From: Carcharhinus amblyrhynchos
Taxonomy: Eukaryota
DNA: 64,000 nucleotides
Direction: 5' to 3'
NCBI GenBank assembly: GCA_965287045.1
Contig: OZ336872.1
Location: 12,772,001 to 12,836,000, forward strand
Both the position numbers and the translations under genes were made by a program. Under the pieces are notes generated by a model, which saw only the letters and a program-made list of their open reading frames with translations, did not search any database and had not been told where the DNA came from. Of this stretch, positions 37,670 to 49,799 are shown piece by piece (the stretch's first letter is position 1; the number at the start of each line of letters is the position of its first letter).

Positions 37670-38622
37670 CTATTTGATTTTTGTCACACGTATTAACATA
37701 CACTGAAAAGTATTGTTTCTTGCACGCTATATAGACAAAGGATACCGTTCATAGAGAAAGAAACGAGAGTGCAGAATGTAGGGTTACAATCATAGCTAAA
37801 GTGTGTAGGGAAAGGTCAACTTAATGCAAGGTAAATCCATTCAAAAGTCTGACAGCAGCAGGGAAGAAGCTATTCTTGAGTTGATTGGTACGTGACCTCA
37901 GACTTTTGTTTCTTTTTCCCGATGGAAGGAAGTGGAAAAGAGAATGTCTGGGATGTGCTGGTTACTTTGCCGAGGCAGCAGGAAGTGTGGGCACAGTCAA
38001 TGGATGGGAGGCTGATTTGTGTGATGGACTGGGTTACATTCATGACATTTTGTAGTTCCTTGTGGTCTCGGGCAGAGCAAGAACCACACCAAGCTGTGAT
38101 AGGTCCACCAGGCTGATATTGGAGATGAGGGGTATAGCTTATGAGGAGAGATTGAGTAGATTGGGCCTGTACTCGTTGGGGTTTCGAAGGCTGAAGTGGG
38201 ATCTTATAGCGACTTACAAGATAATGAAGGGGCTAGATAGGGTAGAGGTAGAGAGATTCTTTCCACTTAGAAAGAAAACCAGAACCAGAGGGCAAAGCCT
38301 CAAAATAGGGGGGGGCGCAGGGCGCAGTTTAGAACAGAGTTGAGGAGGAACAACTTCTCTCAGAATCTCTGCCCATTGAAGTGGTGGAGGCCACCTTGTT
38401 GAATATGTTTAAGTCACGGGTAGATAGATGTCTGATTGATGAGGGAATTAAGGGCTATGGGGAGCAGGTGGGTAAGTGGAACTGATCCACTTCAGATTAG
38501 CCATGATCTTATTGAATGGCGGGACAGGCTCGAAGGGCTAGATGGCCCACTCCTGCTCCTATTTCTTATGTTCTTATACAACCAGAAAGAATGCTTTCGA
38601 GGGTGCATCTGTAAAAGTTGGT
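37670..38622 (-). mobile_element. Rex1/Babar-like fragment interrupted by a plus-strand CR1 3' end (about 38102-38577)
   Basis: Rex text stops at ...CCAAGCTGTGATA and resumes as ACAACCAGAAAG after the CR1 TTCTTATG tail; 41985-42005 shows the uninterrupted sequence. Confidence 0.8.
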
Positions 38623-38940
38623 GTTTCTCAAATGCTCAAGTTGGAGCACTGCTTATAAAAATCAGAATAAACTTCTATCTTGTGCGACTGTGGAGGTGTT
38701 CAATTGATTTTTGGTGTTTGATTGGTGAGAATTAATGATCGAAAGGACTATGTGACATTCGTTGCTGGGCCCAGGAGTGCAATGGAGCTGAACAGTCAGT
38801 TAAATTATCACTACCATTTTTTCAGTGACAATGATTTCAGCTATCTGTGGATTAATTCAGCTCTGTAGTACCTTTGGGTACAAACCAAATCTCTCTCTGT
38901 ATCATTAAAAACTTTTGAGGGAACAAATTGATGTTGATGT

Positions 38941-39465
38941 CATAGAGGTTTACAGCATGGAAACATGCCCTTCAGACCAATTTGTCCATGCTGCCCTTTC
39001 TTTCAAACCCCTAAGCTAATCCCAATTGCTCATGTTTGGCCCATATCCCTCTATACCCATCTTACCCTTGTAACTATCTAAATGCTTTTTAAAAGACAAA
39101 ATTGTACCTGCTTCTACTACTATCTCTGGTAGCTTGTTCCAGACACTCACTACCTGTTGTGTGAAAAAATTGGCCCTTTGGACTCTTTCGTTGTTCTCCC
39201 CTCTCATCTTAAATCTATGTCCTCTAGTTATAGAAACGTAGAAAAACTACAGCACAATAAAGGCCCTTCGGCCAACAAAATTGCGCCAAACATGTCCCTA
39301 CCTTAGACATTAACAGGCTTACCTATAACCCTCTATCTTACTAAGTTCCACGTACTTATCTATAAGTCTCTATGACTACAGACTCCACGATCTACAGACT
39401 CCACAACTTTTGGGAAAAAATGTTAACTTATCTATGCCCCTCATTATTTTACAGACCTCTATATC
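38941..39465 (-). mobile_element. CR1 3' fragments (nested)
   Basis: FFTQQVVSVWNKLPEIVVEAGTILSFKKHLD; a second tail is inserted at about 39230-39372. Confidence 0.75.
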
Positions 39466-39566
39466 TAATGACCTAAGTTAATTTAGAACGTGTAATTACT
39501 TTTTGGGAATAAAGTTTGAGTGAGGCACTGAACCTGAACTTACAGATATAGACTCAAGAGGCTTAC

Positions 39567-39588
39567 CATCATCTTTACACTTCTGTTC
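39567..39588 (-). other. GNAI2: 3'UTR part of GNAI2 exon 8, ending at a splice donor
   Basis: ATG|GTAAGC donor (plus strand gcttac 39561-39566), 22 nt after the TAA. Confidence 0.8.
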
Positions 39589-39779
39589 TTAGAAGAGGCC
39601 GCAATCCTTCAGGTTATTCTTGATGATGACATCAGTAACTGCATCAAATACAAACTGCACGTTCTTTGTATCAGTAGCACACGTGAAGTGTGTGTAGATC
39701 TCCTTGGTATCCTTCCGTTTATTTAGGTCTTCAAATTTGGTCTGGATATAGCCTGCAGCTGCATCATACTCATTGGCCC
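39589..39779 (-). CDS. GNAI2: G(i) alpha-2 exon 8, last coding exon (TCAT G5 box; pertussis-toxin Cys at -4)
   Basis: 191-nt coding segment after a gaatgcAG acceptor: (G)[62 protein letters not shown]. Phases of exons 6-7-8 are compatible. Confidence 0.97.
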
Positions 39780-39904
39780 CTGCATTCAGAGAAGGAAGTG
39801 GTTAGAATATAGCTTCATGGAAAAACAGATATAACTGGGAATGAACTGATCTGAGATGGATTTTTTAACTTTTTGCTCCTGAAGTTAAAAGTTAATTTAT
39901 TAAT

Positions 39905-39991
39905 AAGAACATAAGAAATAAGAAATAGGAGCAGGAGTAGGCCATCTAGCCCTTCGAGCCTGCCCCGCCATTCAATAAGATCATGGCTGAT
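39905..39991 (-). mobile_element. CR1 terminal tail (young subfamily)
   Basis: Reverse complement of 59905-59988 and 38495-38577. Confidence 0.85.
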
Positions 39992-40000
39992 ACAGTCACA

Positions 40001-40248
40001 CTGCAGAGAAGCTACTGTGAAAATCCCCTAGTCGCCACACTCCAGCACCTGTTCGGGTATGCTGAGGAAGAATTTAGCATGGCCAATTCACCTAATTTGC
40101 ACATCTTTAGACCATGGGAGGAAACTGAAGCACCCAGAGGAAACCTACGCTGACACGGTGAGAACGTGCAAACGCCACACAGTGACCCAAGTCGGAAATC
40201 GAACCCGGGCCCCCGGCGCTGTGAGGCAGCAGTGCTAACCACTGTGCC
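40001..40248 (-). mobile_element. V-SINE, tail B (3' truncated)
   Basis: Head and V-domain. Confidence 0.8.
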
Positions 40249-40455
40249 TTGTAAACACAACCAGATCAATTTTCACTCAGTCATTGTTTAATGTCTCATT
40301 TACCATCCATTTGTGCTTCAGAAGAGAGGAAATAATTCATGCAGTTTTTCCACACTACAGCAGCTGCCAATCTTAGCCAACCAAAAAGATACATTCCTAT
40401 TTCCATCCAAACAACAGGTTTTAGTTTGTCAATTACATTACAGTTCCATTTCTTC

Positions 40456-41120
40456 ATAGAGGTTTACAGCATGGAAACAGGCCCTTTAGTCCAACTTGTC
40501 CATGTCGCCCTTTCTTTTTTAAACCCCTGCATTTGGCCCATATTCCTCTATACCTATTTTACCCATGTAACTGTCTAAATGCATTTTGAAAGACAAAATT
40601 TTGCCCGCCTCTACTACTATCTCTGGCAGCTTGTTCCAGACACTCACCACCCTCTCAGTGAAAGAATTGCCTCTCTGGATCCTTTTGTATCTCTTCCCCT
40701 CTCACCTTAAACCTATGCCCTCTAGTTTTAGATTCCCTTACCTTTGGGAAAAGATATTGACTGTCTAGCTGATCTATGCCTTTCATTATTTTATAGACCT
40801 CTAAGATCAGCCCTCAGCCTTCTACGCTCCAGAGAAAAAAGTCCCACTCTATCCAGTCTCTCCTTATAATTCAAACCAATAAGTCCCAGTAGCATCCTAG
40901 TAAATCTTTTCTACATTAACAGGACTAAGGGCATTCAAATGTTCATTGGATAGGCATATAGATGATATTGGAATAGTTTAGGTTAGAGGGTCATTAGATT
41001 GGTTCCACTGGTTGGTGCAACATCGAGGGCTGACGGGCCTGTACTGCGCTATAATGTTCTATGTTCTACATTCTTTCTAGCTTAGTAATATCCTTTCTAT
41101 AATAGGGTGACCAGAACTGC
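40456..41120 (-). mobile_element. CR1 3' fragment with a nested plus-strand CR1 tail (40918-41063)
   Basis: The nested insert is flanked by TTCTACATT at 40909-40917 and 41064-41072. Confidence 0.8.
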
Positions 41121-41519
41121 CAGTTTAGTTTCAGGTGCGCAGCTGCTAGTCTGAACACTCTGAGTACCACATACAATTTCCCAAACACTGAGACTTCACA
41201 GGTGACCTGATCAAAGGGCTCTGCTGCTGCTGCTCAAAACCACAGCTCAGAGTCGTTGCTAGTTTTAGTCTTGGAAGACAGAAGCGAGCACAAATGATTC
41301 TGCACTGGTTGTATACAAGGCTACAAGGACTTATCCCTATCATCAGAGCTGAGCTATGAGGAAAACTAGAGAAAGTCAGGCTTTTTAGAATGAAATGGAA
41401 TGGCTCAGAGGGGATTTGATAGAATACAAGTGATATGAATTGCTACAGATAAGAACAACCAACACATACTGCAAAACAGACAAACAAGTGGGACACATAA
41501 GCTAAACTGATAAAGTATC

Positions 41520-42235
41520 AATGATTTGATTTATTATCACATAATAATATATGGTTCTCATAGCTCAAGTCCTGATGATATACACTGAAAAGTATTGTTT
41601 CTTGCATGCTATACAAAGCATACTGTTCACAGAGAAGGAAAGGAGAGATTGCAGAATGTAGTATTACAGTCATAGCTAGGGTGTAAAAAAAAAATCAACT
41701 TAATGCGAGGTAGGTCCATTCAAAAGTCCGATGGCAGCATGGAAGAAGCTGTTCTTGAGTCGGTTGGTATGTGACATCAGACTTTTGTATAATTTTCTCC
41801 CAGAGGAAGGTGGAACAGAGGATATCCGGGGTGCGTGGGGTCCTTAATTGTGCTGGCTGATTTTCCAAGGCAGCGTAAAGCATAGATAGAGTCAATGGAT
41901 GGGAAGCTGGTTTGCGTGATGGACTGGGTTTCATTCACAACCCTTTGTAGTTTCTTGCAGTCTCGGGCAGAGCAGGAGCCATACCAAGCTGTGATACAAC
42001 CAGAAAGGATGCTTTCTGTGGGGCATCCGTAAAAATTGGTGAGAGTCGTAGTGGCCAAATTTCCTTAGTCTTCTGAAAAAGTAGAGGCGTTGGTATAACT
42101 ATATATAGATATTTATATGTAGTTGGTCTTAACTATAGTGTCGGCATGGGGGGCACCAGGACTGGTTGTTGATGATCTGGACACCTAAAAACCTGAATCT
42201 CTCCACCATTTCTATTTGGTCCCCATTGATACAGA
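41520..42235 (-). mobile_element. Rex1/Babar-like LINE 3' portion
   Basis: LTNFYGCPTESILSGCITAWYGSCSARDCKKLQRVV. Confidence 0.85.
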
Positions 42236-42734
42236 AATAGGAAAAAACTACTTCATACGAGAATGACTATCTGAAACGGTCTCCCCCATAGGAGAATGAA
42301 AGTAAAGGCTATTGATTCACAAACAAACTGGCTGGGTAAAGGCAAACTGCAGGTTGTTCTTTCTGGATAGAACAGGTCAAGGCACTTGCGTCTTTACAAA
42401 CTGCAATCAATGTGAGAAACTGCTTTGACATCAGCAAAAGCTAATAGCAGAAGCCCGTCAATCAACCATGTTTCAGCAACATAAGGAATCTATTTGGGTT
42501 TTAAATGCTGCTATTAAATTCACAAGGAATGTTTCTGGTCTGTTTCAAAAAAATGGCAGTGGAAATGGGGTGGATTAGCATTGGGAAGCTGGTACAAAAA
42601 CTGGCGCTGAATTGTAAAAGTTCCTTCAAGTGGGACAAAAAAAGTCTCATAGCTGTATTTACCCTGTGATTTAAAGCACATAAGGAATGAAAAACACATT
42701 TAAAAAGTTGAACATGCTGCAGGTGAAGTCACAG

Positions 42735-43865
42735 GGGATCAGAGGAGAGCTGACACGATGGATACAGAACTGGCATAATGGACGCAGAAGTGGCTTGGCC
42801 AAAGAAGATAGAGCGTAGCTGTAGAGGGGTGCTTTTCTGAATGGAAGGGTGCGACTAACGGTGTTCCACAGGGATCAGTTCTGGGACCTTCGTTGTTCGT
42901 AGCATAAAGAAGCAATTTGGAGGAAAATGTAGCTGGTCTGATTAGTAAGTTTGCAGATGACAAAACAAAATTAGTGGAGTTGCAGACAGTGAAGAGGATT
43001 GTCAGAGGATACAGCAAGATATAGACCGGTTGGAGACTTGGGCGGAGAAATGGCAGATGGCGTTTAATCCAGACAAGTGTTAAGTAATGCATTTTGGAAG
43101 GTCCAATGCATATGTAGGAATTATCGAGTACATGGGAGAACTCTGAGGAGTACTGATGAGCAGAGAGATCTGGGCGTACATGTCCACCAATCACTGGGAG
43201 TGGCAACACAGATGGATAAGCTAGTCAGGAAGGCATCCGGCATGCTTGCCTTCATCAGTCGGGGCATTGAGTATAAAAATTAGCAGGTCATGCTGCAGCT
43301 GTACAGAACCTTAGTTAGACCTCATTTGAAATGCTGTGTACAATTCTGGTTGCCACACTACCAGAAGGATGAGGATGGTTTGGAGAGCGTACAGAAAAGG
43401 TTTACTTGTTGCCTGGTATGGAGGCTATTAGCTATGACTAGAGGTTAAATAAACTCGGTTTGTTCTCACTGGAACAAATGGAGATTAAGGGGTAACTTGA
43501 TAGAGGTTTACAAGATTACGAATGGCATGGACAGAGTGGATAGTCAGATGCTCTTTCCTAGGATAGAAAAGTCAAGTACTAGGGAACATAGGTTTAAGGT
43601 GCATGAAGATAAGTTTAGGGGAGATGTGAGAGGAAAGTTTTTTTTAACAAAGAGTGGTGAATGTCTAGAATGTGCTGCCCAGGGAGGTAGTGGGAGCAGG
43701 TGCGACAGCAACATTTAAGGGATATCTAGATGAATAATGAATAGGATGGGAATGGAAGAATATGGACTCCATAAGTGCATACAGTATAAGTTTAGGCAGG
43801 TATCATGATCAGTGCAGGCTCGGAGGATCGAAGGACTTGTTCCTGTGCAGTAATGTTCTTTGTTC
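42735..43865 (+). mobile_element. CR1 RT and 3' end (degenerate)
   Basis: [11 protein letters not shown]; KFADD; MLAFISRGIEYKN. Confidence 0.9.
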
Positions 43866-45284
43866 TACCCAAACTGGGCCATTCAAGAGCAATCACAGGT
43901 CATTACACTATGCAATAAAATATTTCACTGACATGGCGCCTGTTAAAGAGAAGCAGCGAGATAGAATCAGAGGACACAACAAGCATCTGTTGTATTATCT
44001 TGGCACATTCTCATCTTTTGAGGCCAATATTGATGTAATGGAAGAGGGCGCATGGGACTGCAGTACCAAACTAGTTCAAATAAACAGAAAGGTACTTTGA
44101 ACTATTCCTCTTGGCTGCAGAGAAAGTTACTCCACATGCTCAGACACACAATTCTGGTGATGCTTGTGAGTTGAGCACTTAATTATAGCGAACCATCGTC
44201 TCTCCTTTTTTCACAATTTATTCTTTTAATAGTTTTTGCTTGTGGGTCTTGAATCCTGAATGCCTGAGTCAAAACGCACACAAGATTAATCAGAGACTGA
44301 ACTTCATACCAACTGGGATCAGTGACACAATCTATTTCACAATCTTAGTCAAATGTTGGCAGTAAATGGAAACTTCAAGTGAGCTAATTGAAACATTGTC
44401 AGGATATCTGGCCAAACAGTGGGTTTATTTTCATGTTGGCAGACTTTGGTAATATATAAATTAAGCATTTCAGATCTGTAAGAACAATTCTGAAAGCCAT
44501 AAAATTTCATCAGGATTACATCTTTGCCTGTTGCAAAAACACTCAGAGGAGAACATTAGTGTGGCAGGATAGATGAATGAAAGCCAATCTTTTTGTTCCC
44601 ATATGCAGCACTCCAAGGAGAGAAGATCTTTCTGGGAGGAGAGGGAAAGAAAAGGAGAGATTCGCATAGCAATCAAAAAGGTTCAACAGTTGAAAAAGCC
44701 TGGCAGCCTTTCAATACTCATATGACATCCACATCTAGATGCATTCCCTTATGATGACTTCTTCACAGGAAGTTGATAAAAAGATGGTTGCAGGAAAAAG
44801 GGACAGACTTTCCTGGTGACCAATGAGGTGGTGACAATTGCAGAAGCCTAGCAGCAGGTTGCCTATCTTGTTCTGATAGGGAGGATGATGCACCCTTTCA
44901 ACCAGAAGATTTATTTTTCTGCCTTCTTCACATCATTGAGTGACTGTACAAGGATTCCCAAGGGGAGGTGCTGGCTAAACAACACAAGAGGAAGAAACTG
45001 AGGGAATGCACTCTCGATCCACAGAACAATAAATAACTATGTCACTTGATGTTAAAACTAACAAGGCTCAATCCTTGATACATAACTCGCAGCAATACTG
45101 GGAAGGGGCAAAGAGGAAAATAAAAAAAATCAATTCAAGTTCCTACTCTTGAATGTTAACATTGACACTTGCTGGAAAATGTGTATGGGCAGCAGGTGAA
45201 CAAGGAATGAGACTCGGTTCTGATGCTTCAAGCAGCCTGACAACACCCATGGTTGAAAGAATACACAAATTCATCATGTGTGAA

Positions 45285-45645
45285 ACATGGCAGTGCATCA
45301 CTGAACCAGAGGCCTGGCTCATGTTTTGGGGACATGGGTTCATATCTCCACCAAGGCAGATGGCGGAATTTGAATTCAATTAATAAACGAAAAAAAGCTG
45401 AACTATAAAGTTAGTCTCAGTAATACTGACCATAAAGCTATCAACTGTTGCAAAAACCTATTTGGTTCACTAATGTCCCTTTAGGAAAGGAAATCTGTTA
45501 TCCTTACCTGATCTGGCCTACATGTGATTCCAAACCCACAGTAAATGTGGCTGACTCTCAACTGCCCTCTGAGATGGTCTAGCAAACCACTCAGTTCATG
45601 GACAATTAGGAATGGGCAACAAATGCTGACCTTACATTCCAAGAA
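45285..45645 (+). mobile_element. SINE-2 copy
   Basis: GGAAATCTGTTATCCTTACCTGATCTGGCCTACATGTGA core; homologous to 11810-12155. Confidence 0.7.
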
Positions 45646-46839
45646 AGAAAATGAAAATATGCCCACAGGAGTGCATCTCGGCATACCAGAGTACTCAAGC
45701 GGCTGGGAGAGAAAACTACATGAACAAAATCTTTCTTGTTCATCCAATTTGAGAATAATTTGAGAATAGTCTGACAAAAAGTCAAATGTCAGACTGAGAA
45801 CTATTCAAGAAGCAATAGTTTCATCATATTTAATGTTTTAAATGAAATATCAATTGTGTTTTTTTCAAATGTTCATTTTGGACTATTGTCTCAGATTATT
45901 TATTGTCCCAAATAGTCAAATTATAATGAACAATGTTCATAGAACCAGTCAGCGCAGGAGCACCTTCAGCCCATTATGGCTGTATGAGCTCCTAAAATTG
46001 CTATCCTAGACCCAATTCCCGTTTCTCCTTTTCCAAAGTTCTAAAAGGATTCAATTTCTGATATTTATCCAACTTCCCTTTGAAAGTTACTATTGAATTT
46101 GCTCCCACTAATCTTTCAAGCAGACCACTCAGGAGGAAAGTCTGTGCTCCACAGGGTATAAAAACACAAATATACCAAGTTACTGTTCGAACAGGAACGT
46201 GTGGTGATCATCGAGATCACTGCCAACTGTGCTTGGCATAAAGGCCTTGGTGTCAATGCAGGAACTGACACACAAACTTATTCTCTGCCATGAGGTGATG
46301 TTCTGGCCTCAGAATCTGTTAAACTAAAGGAAGCTAAATAATACCAGATGGGAGTAAGTCAAGCCTTTCAACCAGTGCAACACACATGACAGTGAATCAT
46401 ACGTCAACCACTGAGCACCAGACACATTCGAAATGCTACCCTTTACCCACTGTGAGTGCACAGTAGCTGCCAGCGATCTGTACAGCAACAGAAGAATGCT
46501 AAACATAAAAACATTAGCATTTCTCAACTATGTTATACGTTGCATTATTATAAAACCTTTGAGAAGAGGCAAGTTGCCAAGTGACTGTAAGATGTTTACA
46601 GTGTTATTTAATGAACATATTAACTTTTTTATAATGCAAACTGTTCACATTATCTAGCAAAAGCAAACTATAAACAGATGATACAATGGAACCAAGAAAC
46701 AAACTACTCTGTTGATTACTCAGACTTATAATTTTTTTTTTTACAGGAATAGTCATTGCATACCAGTAAAATACTGTGTTCTATTATCATGCACAAAAAC
46801 AATTTGGACATCACAGTTACCTAGATTGCCTTTTATTTT

Positions 46840-46955
46840 GGAGGGATATGGGCCAAACGTGGGCAATTGGGATGAGGTTAGGGGTTTTAAAAACAGGGGC
46901 AGCATGGACAAGTTGGGCTGAAGGGCCTGTTTGCAAGCTGTAAACCTCTGACTCT
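46840..46955 (+). mobile_element. CR1 terminal tail
   Basis: Reverse complement of 38941-39055. Confidence 0.75.
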
Positions 46956-47044
46956 ATATAGTGCCTTACATACAACAAGCATCTCACAACCTAAAGAGAA
47001 GCAACGTACGCCAAAAAAAAAAGCAGAGAAATTCGGGTATACAA

Positions 47045-47635
47045 TAAAAACCTTTTAAGGAGGATTTTGGAAAGACAATTTCAGAGGGCAGCCGTATGGG
47101 AGCTAATGGTGGAATGGAGTGTGGTGTTGCTGGGGAACAGGAGTGCACACTAGATGATGGGAAGGAGAGCAAAGCTTGACTGCTGGGCTATAAGAGCACA
47201 CAGAGCTAGAGTGGAGTGAGGCCAAGAAGTTAGTTGAAAGAAGTGAGGTGGGGGCGGGGCTTGAAGTCAATGTGCAGATCAGGATGACAAAATGGAGGTC
47301 AGTAGAGATGGACCTGAGTTGAGGACTTCATCAGTAATAAAATTGCGTGCCAGAATTCTGGATGAGGTTGTTTGAGAAAAATGAAGCTGTGTTGGTCGGC
47401 AAGTTCAGCATCAATAGCATCAATGAAGCCCCAGTGTTGAGAATGTCAATGAGATCTTTGGTGGTAGGGGGATTAGCTGAAGCATTTGAGTCTTTAACCA
47501 GTGATCGTGCAACCTCTGTATTGCAGGTATTTGAAGCTTCAGTCTCAGTAAGTAGCTAGGTGGGGAAATAGCATTGGCTTCTGGAAGTGAAAAGTTTTTG
47601 CTGTCAGCCAAATAGGTTGAATTTAGTCCTACAGA
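47045..47635 (-). mobile_element. Very old L2-like LINE fragment
   Basis: Degenerate ORF2 C-terminal-like sequence; recognition only. Confidence 0.35.
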
Positions 47636-47964
47636 AATTAAACCATCAATGCATCATTACTGATCCATTTGTGAATTGATGGGTGCTATGATTGCCGTTG
47701 AGGTGTATATCCTTTAAAGAAAAAGGATTTCTATGATGTCAATGTAAAGAAAACTGATGGACAAGATTTCACTTTTTAAACTTTTACTGTAACATTTGAC
47801 TTGATTACCTGTAAAGACTCGCACTCCAACCATTATCTGTTAATTTGAGTTTGTGTCTTTTTGTGTCCTGTTTATGAACACAACTCCCACTCACAAGCTT
47901 GTGGCTTGTGTTACCAAATAGACCTGCTGGACTTTAACCTGGTGTTGTGAGACTTCTTACCATC

Positions 47965-49088
47965 TCTAATTGTCCTTGAGATGGTGGTAATAAGCTACCT
48001 TCCTTAACTCCAATAGTTCATGTGATGTTGGTACATTCAGTGCTGCTAGGGAGAGTGAAGGAATGGGGATATATTTCACAGTCAGGATGCCATGTGGCTT
48101 GCAGGGGAACTTACAGGTGATGATGTTTCCATGGATCTTTTACTCTTGTCTTCTAAATGGCAGTGGTAATGGGTTTGGAAGGTGCTAAGAGCTTTGGTGA
48201 GTTTCTGCAGTGCATCTTGAGAGACGGTACATATGGCTGCCATTGTATGTCAGCTGTGGAGGGAGTGAATGTTTGTGAATGGGATACCAATCAAGTGGGC
48301 TGTTTTGTCCTGGATGCTATATGACTTCTTCAATATTGTTGGAGTTGCACTCACCCAGGCAAATGACTTGTGGCTTGTAGATGGTGCACAGGCTTTTGGA
48401 AGTCATGAGGTGAGTTACTTACTGCAGGACTCCTAACCTTTGACCTGCTCTTGTAGCCACAGTATTTATGATTGGTCCAGTTGTTTTGGGTCAAAGGTAA
48501 TCCCCAGGATGTTGATAGTGGGAGAATCAGTGATGGTAATGCCATTGAATGCCAAGGGGCGATGGTTAGATTCTCTTTAGTTGGAGGTGATCATCGTCTC
48601 ACACTTGTGTGGTATGAAGATTCCTTGTTATTTGTCAGCCTAAGCCTGGATATTGTCCAGATCTTGCTGCACTTGAACATGGACTACTTCAGTATCTGAG
48701 CTGTTGCAAATGGTACTGAAAATTGCACAATGGTGAACATTCCCACGTCTGACCTTATGATGAAGGGAAGGGTCCAGGAATGTGTTCCTCAAGGGACTCC
48801 TTCAGCGATTTCCAGGGGCTGAGATGATTGACTTCCAACATCAATAACCATCTTGCTTTGCGCTAGGTATCGCTCCACTAGTGGTGAGTTTTCCAGCTAA
48901 TTCCCATTGACTCCGGTTTTGCTCAGGACCCTTGATACCATACTTAATCAAATGCTGCCTTGATGTGAATGGCAGTCACTCTCACCTCGCTTCTCAAGTT
49001 CAGCTTTTTTGTCCATGTTTGAAACAAGGCTGCAATGAGGTCAATCACTGAGTAATCCTGGTGAAACCCAAACTGAATGTCAGTGGCA
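47965..49088 (-). mobile_element. LINE (third family) RT and 3' portion
   Basis: Reverse-complement homology to 25700-26300; extends upstream into RT (DIKAAFD-like and GVPQG-like motifs). Confidence 0.7.
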
Positions 49089-49094
49089 GGTCTT

Positions 49095-49415
49095 TTTTTT
49101 TACTCATTCATGGAACGTGGGCATCACTGGCTGGCCAGCATTCATCCCTAGTTGTCTGAGGACATTCAAGAGTCAATCACATTACTGTGGCTCTGGAGTC
49201 TCATGTAGGTCAGGCCAGATAAGAACAGCAAATTTCCCTCCCTAAAGGACATTTGTGAACCAGATGGGTTTTTACGACAATTGACAATAGTTTCGTGGTC
49301 ATTAGATTTTTAATTTAATCTGCTGTGGTGTAACACATATCTGGGTCTCCAGAGTATTACCCTGGGTCTCAGGATTACTAGTCCAGCCACAGTACCACAA
49401 TGCCGCTGCCTCCGC
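49095..49415 (-). mobile_element. SINE-2 copy
   Basis: Homologous to 11810-12155. Confidence 0.75.
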
Positions 49416-49799
49416 TCTCTTTACCCTTCGCTCCTTAGCTGTTCATTCTCATGGCAACGTCACGTTACGCGGGCATTTCTTGGAACCTAATTATTTCATG
49501 ATCAGAATACTCCCCAGCCACTTTGGTCTTAAAGGGGTAGTACACAAAAGTTGATGCAGGCTTTTAACGGACTTGGGTCTCCATGGGGCAGTAATAAGAG
49601 TTGTGGTAGATAGTTGATATATTTATTAAAGTTGATCCCATCTTTTTGGGTAATACTGTTTAGAGGCAGCATACAGATGCAGAAGGTGGTGTCTGAAAAA
49701 ATGCTGATAGACAGCATGTGCAGTAAGCAAAAACAGAAAATGCTGGAAAATCTCAGCAGGTCTGACAGCAAACACAGCTGACGTTTCAAGTCTGCATGA

